A stretch of DNA of 64,000 nucleotides, taken from positions 130,475,013 to 130,539,012 of the forward strand of contig NC_068982.1 in the NCBI RefSeq assembly GCF_001194135.2, read 5' to 3'. Source of the stretch: Octopus bimaculoides (Eukaryota). Shown in pieces: positions 1 to 10,550 of the stretch. The first letter of the stretch is position 1; every line of letters starts with the position of its first letter. The notes beneath the pieces were generated by a model, which saw only the letters and a list, made by a program, of their open reading frames with translations, searched no databases and was not told where the DNA came from. Position numbers and translations under genes: made by a program.

Positions 1-519
1 GACTCTAAATATGTACATTAAAATATAGTTTAAGGTTTCTAAAGTATAACTGCTTTTAATCTTAATCCATGTAGTATATTTGTGTAGAGACTGCTTACGT
101 CAAAGTTAACTAGGATTGTCTCTTATATATATTCTTTCTAGACTGTGGTTTAGAGAGCACATGTCATCAGAGATGACATGGGTTTTCTTTCTAGAAATTC
201 ATTCCTAGAGAATTGAGATACGAAATGATAAAAAAAATAAGAATGAAGTATTAATTAATTCTTATACATTCTGATTGAATCCATTTAAATTTAATGGTAT
301 TCTGCTTGAATTATTCATGCTCTAATTTGAAACTAAAGGAATTGAAATTAGAACATAATAAAGTCTCACTGTAGATGAAATAAAAATATAAATACATTCT
401 TTTAATGCTGTTTATGTGTAGGAAAAGAGAGGGGTAATCTCTTGACGCACCATTTCACGGTTTGTTGAGATTTCCTCAGAAAAGAAGAACCTGGCTTTCT
501 CCCCCAATCAACTGCTTAG

Positions 520-902
520 TTGTTGGCACTCCGTCGCTTACAACGTCGAGAGTTCCAGTTGATCCGATCAATGGAACAGCCTGCTCGTAAAATTAACGTG
601 CAAGTGGCTGAGCACTCCACAGACACGCGTACCCTTAACATAGTTCTCGGGGATATTCAGCGTGACACAATGTGACAAGGCTGACCCTTTGAATAACAGG
701 CACAACAGAAACAGGAAGTAAGAATGAGAGAAAGTTGTGGTGAAAGAGTACAGCAGGGTTCGCCACCATCCCCTGCCGAAGCCTCGTGGAGCTTTAGGTG
801 TTTTAGCTCAATAAACACTCACAACGCCCGGTCTGGGAATAGAAACCGCGATCCTATGACCGCGAGTCCGCTACCCTAACCACTGGGCCATTGCGCCTCC
901 AC
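520..902 (-). mobile_element. Full-length tRNA-derived SINE, family 2 (Ceph-SINE-like body)
   Basis: Minus strand starts GTGGAGGCGCAATGGCCCAGTGGTTAGGG...GGTTTCTATTCCC (A/B-box-like tRNA head) and ends GACGGAGTGCCAACAA. Perfect 12-bp TSD TCAACTGCTTAG at 508-519 and 903-914. Superfamily name is from memory. Confidence 0.9.
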
Positions 903-3900
903 TCAACTGCTTAGAACATTCATCTAACAGTCATATCTTAATCAAGTACTGTGCCGGATAGTCCAGTTTATGTACTTGTGCTTTTGTTGGTTTATCATTA
1001 ATTAAACAATATCTATTTTGCGCACAACATAGTTTAAAATCAAATCAATTGAAATTAATTTAAGTATTGCAAATCTTCACCGTATAAGAATGTAGACACA
1101 TTCCTTATACGCCATTGAGACAGGGAAAAGGAATGAAAACATCTTGACAAACAGTCTCATCGTTTCTTGACCACTACTCAGTGAAGATATACCGGCTTCG
1201 TTTCTAAGAGTGTCTGTCAGGAAACTTCCTGCTTCTTTTTAGGCACATCAATAGCAAAGAAAGAATTTATTTACTTATAATTTCAGCCAAAGTAATGCTT
1301 TGTAATATTCTTTTACTTGTTTCATCTCGAGAACCATAGTCATGCCGGGCATTATAAATATTTAAGTTTATTTCAATTCTTCCGATTTATGTGCTGTGCA
1401 TAAAATAGAGATTGAAATCTAAAGTTCTTAATCATGATAAAGGCGTTAATTAAAACATCGTGTTAAGATCATTTCTAATTGTATCTAGGGAGATTAGTTC
1501 AGTTCTCTCAAATCCAGAAAATTCTCTAATAAGTATAATTTGTGACTACACTAATAATATACCGTAACTGGTTTGGTCTCAGACATCATTGAAAGCTTCG
1601 TAAATTAGCGGAAGAGAGGAAATATTTATATCTATTTCGAAACTCAAGCCTTAAACTTAAAACTTCAAATTGCTGTTCAGGTGGGAAAGTATTAAAAAGA
1701 GTAATCAGATATGTAATTTTCAAGATTTTCCCTGCTTAAACTCATATGATGTGGATGAATATTAAACTGGTGCTTTGAAGAATAATGTCATACAGCTTTG
1801 TAAGTGTGTTTTATATAAGAGACAAAGAGAGAACGAAAAGAAAAAACAACGAAGAGAAGAAGGAGACAGAAGGTGGAGACAGAAGATGGAGAAAATGAGA
1901 TAAAGAAGGGCAAAACGTGAATGCGCGAAATATTTACTACTTCATATTTAGCAAGCATACCTTTATCGTAAACATAAGTTTTCTTTTGTGTTATATATAA
2001 AATATACATGTAACTGCTGTTAAGTTTACCTTTCTACGACATACAAAGTACAAAAAATCGATCCGGTTTCTGAAAAGTCAGAAAAGGAGGAGAAATCACC
2101 ACCTGGTCAAAATGCTAATGTATGTTTTCCACAAAACCACGATCCGGAGCAATAGAGAATTCAGGTGATTGAATTCATGATCACTGAATAATCAATTGAA
2201 TATTTTTGATTACTAGATCATTTCACCTCATTCATGCACAGTGCAATTCAAAAATATATTCGTTACTATTTTCTTATTGTCTACATATAAGCGAGTAACA
2301 TACCTGCACGATAAAGGTGAAGGTATGTTAAATGCCATGACACTGAGTACGAAAGTGTGGATTGCTTACTTTCTCAGCAGGCCCAAAACATATATTTATC
2401 TATGAACTACCGTGGTTGGTTTGGCACACATTCATAATCAACAAGTTATATTCATAAAGTACTTGGAAATCGTCAACCTAGTTTCTCTCCCTTCACACAC
2501 TTCCTTCCGTCTCTCTTACTACGATTACTAGTGGGTCAACTCATTTGTGTAGAAATGAATACATACATGAGAATCGCTTTTTTTTTTTAGGAAAGAAAAG
2601 AAATTTTCTGTGAAAGGTAAACAATAATGATTTGAAAAGTAGAATTTAATGAGTCTATTAGAAACTCGGTAACAAAAAAAGGACTAAGCTTACACCTGAG
2701 AGCATGTGCGTATTTGTATTTATTTATTTATTGGTGCTTTTATGTGAATATATTTAGCGTTAAATGAAGTGATGAATGAAGTAACGAGCATTTTGTTTAT
2801 AAATTTCTTTGAGGCTCACAATCCAATTATCAGATTTAGAACATAGATTCATTTTTGTCTTATAAGTGTTTGTTGTACTAAGAGAACTAACAGGTCAGGC
2901 GATGTTAGAAATAGAGTTTCTGCTAGTTATGTTGTCTAGCAGGTTATTTTCCACAAATTTAACAGCCTGCTCATCTTTCAAATGAAGTAGTTACATCATA
3001 AACCCACCTTCTACCTCCTTGATTGCATGCCTGTCAGACTTTCAATCTATCTGGTTGTCAGTCTGTCTGTCTGAGTATAACACCGATTACCTAGAAAATG
3101 ATTTCTGTGCCTGAGCATTAAGAATTATTATAAATATCTACCTATAGTTTAAGCACTTGCAAATTGTTTAAGCAGGTTACTAGAGAAGATATTTCAAGAC
3201 ACCCATACGAACAGTGTTATTAGAACAAACGAATCAGTATATATGTACGTGTATATGTGTAAATAGGGTAAATGATAGATATGCAGAAAGCAAAAGAGGG
3301 GGAAAATACAAAGAGGAAGAAAAGAATAGATTCATTTCAATATACTTTTTGAGATATTTATGACTTCAGGATTATATATTTAAAAGTAAAAATAAATAAA
3401 TATAAAAAATACACACTTATTTACACACAGATGCATTCATAAATACAAACATAAAAAAAAGAAAATTTAGGTAAAAGCCAATAGTAAGTAATTCACCGAC
3501 TTTGGTACATCAGACAGGTTAACTTTACAAAGGTCTACAGATCCAGACAAGTTAGGTCACTTACCTAGAAAGAGAGAAAAAGAAAGAACTTATTCAATCT
3601 TCTGTGTAATGAAAGAAAATAACACTTTTACAACTTTTTACATAAGCACAAGACGTAAAGTTTATAAGAGAGAACGAAGAGTATTCTTTGACGTTAACGC
3701 ATTTCTCAAGGACATGAGCGATATAAATGAAGTGAAATGTTCCCCACTGGGAAAAAAGTGAGCCATAGAAGACTTACCTCTACCAGACTATTGATTTAGT
3801 TAAAGCAAGCACTTTGTATACCAAGACTGTAAATTTAAAACAAGTCCCAATATGGGCCTTTCCATTTGATTTACAGTTACTACATTGTTAATTTCGATCG

Positions 3901-4153
3901 AGCAATGATCTCCTATGCAGTCGCTCGGTTTGCTAGAAATAAGGGCCAAATGGTTCTTAAATCACATGAAAGGTATTATATGAAAACGTAATAATATGAT
4001 CATGAAAATACATTCACGTTTCATCCTCTGTTACCATATTAGAAATAAAACGTGTCAAACCGACTTCAAGCGCCTTCAGAAGATCTGAGCAAATCGGCTG
4101 TCATCTACTGAGTATCTCTCATTGCATACGCTTTCCAATATCCTAATAGTTTA

Positions 4154-4574
4154 GGGCGGCGAGATGGCAGAAACGTTAGCACGCCGATCGAAATGCTTCG
4201 CGGTATTTCGTCTGCCGTTACGTTCTGAGTTCAAATTCCGCCGAGGTCGACTTTGCCTTTCATCCTTTCGTGGGTCGATAAATTAAGTACCAGTTACGCA
4301 CTGGGGTCGATGCAATCGACTTAATCCGTTCGTCTGTTCTTGTTTGTTCCCTCTATGTTTAGCCCCTTGTGGGCAATAACGAAATAGGTATTTCGTCTGC
4401 CGTTACGTTCTGAGTTCAAATTCTGCAGAGGTCGACTTTGCCTCTCATCCTTTCGGAGTCGACTAAATAAGTACCAGTTACGCACTGGGGTCGATGCAAT
4501 CGACTTAATCCCTTTGTTTGTCCTTGTTTGTTCCCTTTACGTTTAGCCCCCTGTGGGCAATGAAAAAATAAATA
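4154..4574 (+). mobile_element. SINE family 1, tail A; head plus two tandem bodies
   Basis: Head GGCGGCGAGATGGCAGAAACGTTAG, B box GAGTTCAAATTCC, core GTCGACTTTGCCTTTCATCCTTTCG..GTCGATAAATTAAGTACCAG, tail TAGCCCCTTGTGGGCAATAACGAAATA. Second body starts at 4387 (GGTATTTCGTCTGCC). TSD CCTAATA(G/C)TTTA at 4142-4153 and 4576-4587. Confidence 0.92.
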
Positions 4575-5650
4575 CCCTAATACTTTACCATCTTCTATAA
4601 AATATTGTGACTACTGCCTACTCGTGCAACAAACACGTCTGATGCAAGTTGTATTCACAATTGAACAATTCCCCTTCTTTGTACTATATTCGTCTCTACT
4701 AAAACATCTGAAAATGCGATCTTGCTCCATGCTGTATGAAGTTAAAGTTTTCGGTTTAGGTCTAATATATGGACAATTTTTATTCGCATATATATGTTAA
4801 TCGATCTTAGCTGATTCCTGGTGAGAGACAAACCTCATAAATATTTTATCTGCAGTCACGAAATGTACGTCAGTAATTTGACAGAGGACCAAAATAAGCG
4901 TGGAAACAGATGCGTGAAAAAAGTCGCGCACGTACAATATCTTGATCATATAATTTCATAGACTCATACACATACATATCAAAATACGTTTTTAATGTGA
5001 TTTGAATTTTTGGTTAATGTCCGGTGTAATAAAGAAAGCCGTTACACTTGGTTTGAGGAAAAACTATGTCAAACCTTCGTTATAGACTTTCCATTTTAAT
5101 AAACAGTGTCAAAGTAGTGCATATATATTTATTTATGAACCGAAAGGTAAGGACTATACTAGTTGGTATTGCTTATAATCAGATGAGCTATGAACGTGCA
5201 AAACTATTATAAAAGTGAGTCCAACCGTGACCATCCTTTCTTTTACTGGTTGCTATTTTTAGCCGGTTGAAGATTTAAAGCGCTGATATTTAGATCCTCC
5301 TATTCAGACCACCTTATCGTTATGGTTGAAGAACTTCTAATATCCTTTTATTAACACGTCGGTAGAATAGCAGAAACGGTTGAATGGTAGAATCTATTTA
5401 GTTACAACTCATTTCTTTCGAAGTTAAAATCATTAAAAGATATCAATGATGTGTTGATATCAATTATACTCGTTTCCTGAAAAGGGCAATACCTTGCAGA
5501 AAAGTCAGAAGTTACTATTCTTTTATGATAGATAAATGAAATGATTGGAACAGTGAAACACTGCAAAGTCTTCACGCATTTATTTGATTTTGCTTCACTT
5601 CTTTCTGAGTTCAAGCGATATTCTTCTCTGGCAATATCATAAATACTCTA

Positions 5651-5703
5651 GGGCGGCGAGCTGGTAGAATCGTTAGCACGCCGGTCGAACTGCTCAGCGG
5701 TAT
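5651..5703 (+). mobile_element. SINE family 1 head (5' part of an interrupted copy)
   Basis: GGGCGGCGAGCTGGTAGAATCGTTAGCACGCCGGTCGAACTGCTCAGCGGTAT matches the head of 4154 and stops abruptly after CGGTAT. Left TSD AATATCATAAATACTCT at 5633-5649. Confidence 0.9.
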
Positions 5704-5849
5704 AACGGCTCTGTGAATTATTGTGAATTATTGTGAATATTGTTGTGAAAACTGTGTGAATTACTGTAAGTTGTCTATGTAAATAATTGTGATTTTTGTG
5801 GAATTATTACGGTTAAGTTTCACGCGAGCCGCTGCAATTTTTCTCAGCT

Positions 5850-6719
5850 ATGGCAAGCGGTAGTGTCTCCAATATGGAGAGCTACGCCACGTCCACTGCG
5901 GTGAGGAAGCCAGTGCCGCTGGAAACCAAGTTAATCAATTTGGATATGGAGGAGGTGACCAGAAGCAGGAATTTGATAGAAGTTGAGGGAGACTCATACA
6001 AATTGTGCTCCCCAAAAGAGATTAAAGAAAACAAAATTTTGAGGATAGTTGTGTATTGTACACAGGCTGTCGAAACCTGTAAAATTGAAACGGTGGCGGA
6101 AGAGGAAATCGAGGAGTGCCTGGGTGAAATTGTGAATGAAGCCACGTACATCAACAGAGGAAGAAAGTTCGGTACGGTAGAGGTGAGGTTCGCCACTATA
6201 GAAGAGGCAACCAAGCATGCGACCAACATTTTAAGAAGTACAAAAATAGCATTGCTACCAAGTTATAGAGGAAGAAGAAGTGTGAAAATACGTATTCCCA
6301 GAGTTACACCAGAAATTAAACCAGAGTGGCTGGTTGCAACAGTGCTGGCTGCAACCAAGGAGGATTCGGAGTTGGGACCAGTGGGGAAATCAAAAGTGCG
6401 CAAATGGTGGGGATTTGGACTCGAAATGTGGCTTTTTGCCACATTCGAGGACATAGAAAGAATTCCCAACCAGATAGAAGTGGAGGATGAGAGAACGTTA
6501 AATGTTGTAGTCGAGGGAAGGAAACCAAATTGCTACATATGCGGGGAAAGAGGTCATATGACGACCAAATGCCCACTATATGAGTTCACACAGCCACAGC
6601 AAGAGAAAGCACAAACAGAGGAGGAAAACACTGTAGACTACACTGAGGAAATGAAAGAGAGACAGAAGTGTGAAACAGAGAAAACAAAGGAGAACGAAAA
6701 TGGAACTACTAAAAAGTGA
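5850..6719 (+). CDS. Non-LTR retrotransposon ORF1 protein (RRM-like region plus CCHC zinc knuckle)
   Basis: 289-aa ORF. CYICGERGHMTTKC (C-X2-C-X4-H-X4-C, 6531-6572) is preceded by IPNQIEV..VVVEGRKP and by VKIRIPRVTPEI, the layout typical of Tx1/L1-clade ORF1. Glu/Lys-rich linker follows. Confidence 0.82.
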   Translation: MASGSVSNMESYATSTAVRKPVPLETKLINLDMEEVTRSRNLIEVEGDSYKLCSPKEIKENKILRIVVYCTQAVETCKIETVAEEEIEECLGEIVNEATYINRGRKFGTVEVRFATIEEATKHATNILRSTKIALLPSYRGRRSVKIRIPRVTPEIKPEWLVATVLAATKEDSELGPVGKSKVRKWWGFGLEMWLFATFEDIERIPNQIEVEDERTLNVVVEGRKPNCYICGERGHMTTKCPLYEFTQPQQEKAQTEEENTVDYTEEMKERQKCETEKTKENENGTTKK

Positions 6720-7146
6720 AAGAAAAACAAGTCAAAGGAACGGTCAACAGAAAACAAAAAAGAGATAGAAATGCCAGAAACTAATAATGTACAAGAAGAG
6801 GAGGAGAGAACGGATAAAGATGTGAAATACAAGGGGGTTTTGATAAAGTACGAGAATTGCGAGCAGATGGAGAGAAAAGTCGAGAGGTTGGGAGAAAAAA
6901 ATAAGAGTGAACATGCCAGGGAAATGTGCTGAGAAATGCATTTTAATACATGAGGAAAACTACTGGGAGTACATAAAAGAACTTGGTGAAAATATAAGAA
7001 CGACAAGGGTATGGTTGGTGGAGACACCACCCACTAGAACTGATTATTTGCAGTTGATAAGGACACAAGTAACAGTGATTAATGAGAGAAAGGTAACGCG
7101 AGTGTCTCCATTTTTGAGTTGCAAAACCGTTAAAATGTTTACATGA
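6720..7146 (+). pseudogene. Disrupted C-terminal part of the same ORF1
   Basis: Frame continues past TGA 6717-6719 (KKNKSKERSTEN...ERKVERLGEK). Removing one A from the run at 6895-6901 joins it to IRVNMPGKCAEK...KTVKMFT*, giving a reconstructed 431-aa ORF. Confidence 0.6.
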
Positions 7147-7350
7147 CGTTGAACGTAACAGTGAAAAACTGGATAAATGTAACCACCCGACTTCGGGGAT
7201 CGAGTGGACATTGCGCCTAATTTTTTTCATTCTTGCATATTATCATTTTATTTTAATTACCCCGATTTTATGCTTGCGTTTTGTACTGTCTTTATGTTTT
7301 GTGATGTCTTAAAAATTCTTTGTATAGCCCTTTATGGGTAATAAAGAAAT

Positions 7351-7530
7351 CGGTATTTCGTCTGCCGGTATTTCGTTCTGAGTTTAAATTCCGCCGAGGT
7401 CGACTTTGCTTTTCATCCTTTCTGGATTGATTAAATAAGTACCAGTTACTCCCTGTGGTTGATGTAATCTGCTTAATCTGTCCTTGTTTGTCCCCTCTAT
7501 GTTTATCCCTCTGTGGGCAATAAGGAAATA
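7351..7530 (+). mobile_element. SINE family 1 body and tail A (3' part of the interrupted copy)
   Basis: Resumes CGGTATTTCGTCTGCC, then B box, core and tail GTGGGCAATAAGGAAATA. Right TSD AATATCGTAAATACCCT at 7531-7547 matches 5633-5649 with 2 mismatches. Confidence 0.9.
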
Positions 7531-8619
7531 AATATCGTAAATACCCTTCGGATATTGTAAATATTAAATTACACCGTCAAACATATAAACATATTTTGAT
7601 GCTTTTTCCACGTGATTCACATTTTTTTTTCACTAATTTGCTCTTAACATCTTGTTTGCTTAATGAATTCCATTTAATTTTTTTCTGTAGAAAAAGAATA
7701 GCGATATAATGTAGAAAAGATTTTATAACAACGTAACATAAAACAGGTACAATGATTATTGACGGTGGGATGTTAACATTATAAGAAACACCTCAGACAG
7801 TTAGTGATCAACTCTAATATGATATATCCCATACTAGGCAGTTTTAACAATTACACGATAATGGAAAAGTCGAAATACGTATATAAAATATAACACATAG
7901 AGTAAAGGAAATGATTTGATTAGAATTTAATCTTTGACAATTTTCAGTAACATATCCCTGTAACCATTATTCTTCTGTCATCTTCACTAGCAACCCCTTA
8001 AACACTACCATGGCACAAGACTAATTAACTATCTTGTCTCCAATCCAACAATCACCATCAGTTACAGATTCTAAGTCTTCATTTACAATACAAGCTCACT
8101 AATATAACACCATAGAAACTCCTACTTAGCTGTTAATGTGTAACTGAATCTCCGAATCCACTATCATACTATTATCAAAATTAACCTCTTATCAGCAGTT
8201 TCCATTTTCGCTATCTCCAATAATTGTAACTTAATTTTAACTCTTCGTTTACTTATTCATTAGAACATATTTAACATTTACAATCCCAACAGCTTGTTCC
8301 TTTTGGTTAATATCATAAGACTAGTTGTAATAACCTTCAACGAAAATGTTTTTAACAAATTATCATGATTAACCACGGTAAGACCTTAGTTTATTTTAAA
8401 AGAAATATCACATTGATATTATGTCAATTTTAACTTTTATCGTTTAGAATCCTTGAAATTAGGACTAGAGGCGCACTGGGTGTGATTTAATCGACTGCAT
8501 TCACTCACCAATCAAAATTATGAAAGTGGAGTGCTCCACAAAATGACTGGGAGTATATTATTATTATTATATTTGGATCGCACCATCGTGATATGTGTTG
8601 ACAAGGCCTTTCCGTCGCA

Positions 8620-9290
8620 CTTTCAACCATGATTTATCCAGTGTTTTACCTTCCAGTCTTTTCTTTCTGTATATAAATGACATAATGCCACATTCAACAA
8701 CGTCCGCTCTTCTGCAAATGATACAGCCCTTCATTCTATCTTAACTGTCCCCAATCGTGCAACATCCGCAAGCAGTCTAGAAAATCACTCGCCAAATTTC
8801 CATTGACTCTGTGAACAGAAAACTTGATGACATCCCATGAACAATGTTATCTCTCAGCACTACTAATACCAAGAAAACACAAGTTGCTCCAAATACTGAA
8901 CTCTACTGTCGTCCGACGATCTCTTCAGGTAGAAATATATTCTTAACTTTGATACAAGTGAAAGTCAAACACTGACCCTTCACTTTAGGGTCAGAAAATA
9001 TTTTGGCCCCAACAATCACTGATATTCTACATGGCTCAATTGATATCAATGAAATACTACTGCTATATGTAGAAAAGTGCTGCTGCTACGCACACAGACA
9101 TCCTATTTAGAGAAGGACACTCGACTGATAGGCAGTAAATACCTAACAGACACGTTCTAGCATCTGGTTTACAGGAATCCTATCTATGCAGCCTATCTTT
9201 TCTATCGTTACTAAATCTCTGTTCCTCGCGCATGGCTGGTCTCATACCTCCACTATTTAGTTACCCTCGATCCATTTGTCTTTTTAACTC
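8620..9290 (+). pseudogene. Highly decayed CR1/L2-group LINE reverse-transcriptase fragment
   Basis: Frameshifted translation gives SVLPSSLFFLYINDI then NNVRSSANDTALHS, resembling QGSVLSPxLFLLYINDL and YADDxxLH, followed by an NTKKTQ-like motif. Boundaries approximate. Confidence 0.55.
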
Positions 9291-9304
9291 TCTCTATATG
9301 TATA

Positions 9305-10200
9305 CACAGGGTGTGGACGATATTTGAGGATAGATTTATGGTTTTAAAAAAACGCTTATATAATAACAGAAAAAACTGTATTTTTATAAAGATAACATAA
9401 ACTCAAAGTTAAATTATCAATTTTATAATTTTATTCAATAAAACCACTATAAGTATCAATAACTGCCTCAACGCGGGGTCGAAATCGTTTACAAGCTTAA
9501 ATTAAGTGGTCCTTGTACATATCGGATATGACTCGAACTATGGCGGCTTTCAAAGAATCTTTGGTTCTATGGGCGTGTTCATTGACATTTTTCTCAACGA
9601 TGCTCCATACATAGTAGTCAAGTGGATTGAGATCTGGAGAATTAAGAGGCCAAATGTTAGGGGTGATGTGATCATGCAAATTGTCGGCCATCCATTCTTG
9701 TGTCATTTGAGCCTTGTGTGATGGTGCAGAATCTTGTTGAAAGACATAAGGCCTTGTATTGCATATACTGTTGATCTAAAGCTTAACAACTTTATCCAGA
9801 ACCTTAATATATGCAGCAGCATTTACCCTAAGGCCTTGTGGAAAAAAGTGAGAAGGCATCACATGTCCTTCATTACTAACGACACCCAAAACCATTACAC
9901 TTGCAGGAAATTGTGTATGCATTACTCCTGGAACCTCAGAAGGGTCTGCACATAGCCATCTGTCATTTCTTCTGTTAGTTTTCTGGCCCTGGTCAAAGTT
10001 TTTCTCATCTGAGAAAAACCAAATCACACCATCTTTTGATGCTTGTTTAAAAGTCTTTTGGGTCTGATTAAACGGTTTTCTTTTCTTTTTTTCTGACCTC
10101 ACTTCATCACGTAAGATTTGTATCTGATGTCTTCATACGCAGCATTTCTGATTGCATTTTCTGACATACGATGAATAGACTTATAATGAAATTAGTTCAA
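9305..10200 (-). mobile_element. Tc1/mariner DD37D (maT/Bmmar1-like) transposon remnant, 5' end lost
   Basis: One terminus TA-CACAGGGTGTGGACG at about 9303-9317. Transposase remnant on the minus strand. No matching second TIR seen. Confidence 0.85.
9497..10190 (-). pseudogene. DD37D transposase pseudogene
   Basis: EDIRYKSYVM, WFFSDEKNF (D1), YVFQQDSAPSH (D2 at 9731-9733), WPLNSPDLNPLDY (D3 at 9617-9619). D2 and D3 are 114 nt apart, so 37 residues intervene. Internal TAG at 9776-9778; frameshifts upstream. Confidence 0.9.
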
Positions 10201-10387
10201 AGACCACGTGGTCCAAGTTTCGATCCCTTTACATGACATCTTGGGTATATCTCATTTACCGTAGCCTCGAGTCGACCTATATGAACCTTGTAAAATTGGG
10301 AAGACGGTAATTATACAGAGACCCATAGACTACATTGTACCTGTAATTCAAAGCTACAAACTTGTCTTTTTCTCCCCCCCCCCCCCC

Positions 10388-10408
10388 NNNNNNNNNNNNN
10401 NNNNNNNN
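10388..10408. other. Assembly gap
   Basis: Run of N after a poly-C tract. Confidence 1.
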
Positions 10409-10550
10409 ACCTCGGCCACTGTCACGCTAATTCTACTTAAGGATTATATTAAGGATATACGTAACTATGAAATACTCAGCCATTAACGTGCAATTAGTTC
10501 AGTTGACCAAACGACTGAATTTTCATCGTCGTAACCGTTGGAGATCCATT
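10409..10550 (+). mobile_element. SINE family 2-related 3' half (degenerate)
   Basis: TGTCACGCT...ATACTCAGCCA...CATCGTCGTAACCGTTGGAGATCC aligns by eye with the 3' half of 520-902. Confidence 0.65.

Larger units (their letters stand above)
5704..7350 (+). mobile_element. ORF1-only non-LTR retroelement (Tx1/L1-clade-like, HAL1-like architecture) nested in a SINE
   Basis: 5' UTR with TGTGAATTAT tandem units, ORF1 with a zinc knuckle, 204-nt 3' UTR ending TAGCCCTTTATGGGTAATAAAGAAAT. Flanked by CGGTAT at 5698-5703 and 7351-7356. No endonuclease or RT motifs seen. Confidence 0.8.

Noticed and set aside
4154-4574. CRISPR-like or tRNA-gene reading of the recurring conserved blocks
   Set aside because: They are dispersed SINE copies with TSDs, not regular repeat-spacer arrays, and the heads cannot form complete cloverleafs.
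5882-7030. Minus-strand ORFs overlapping the ORF1 element
   Set aside because: Antisense shadows of a purine-rich coding strand; no motifs.
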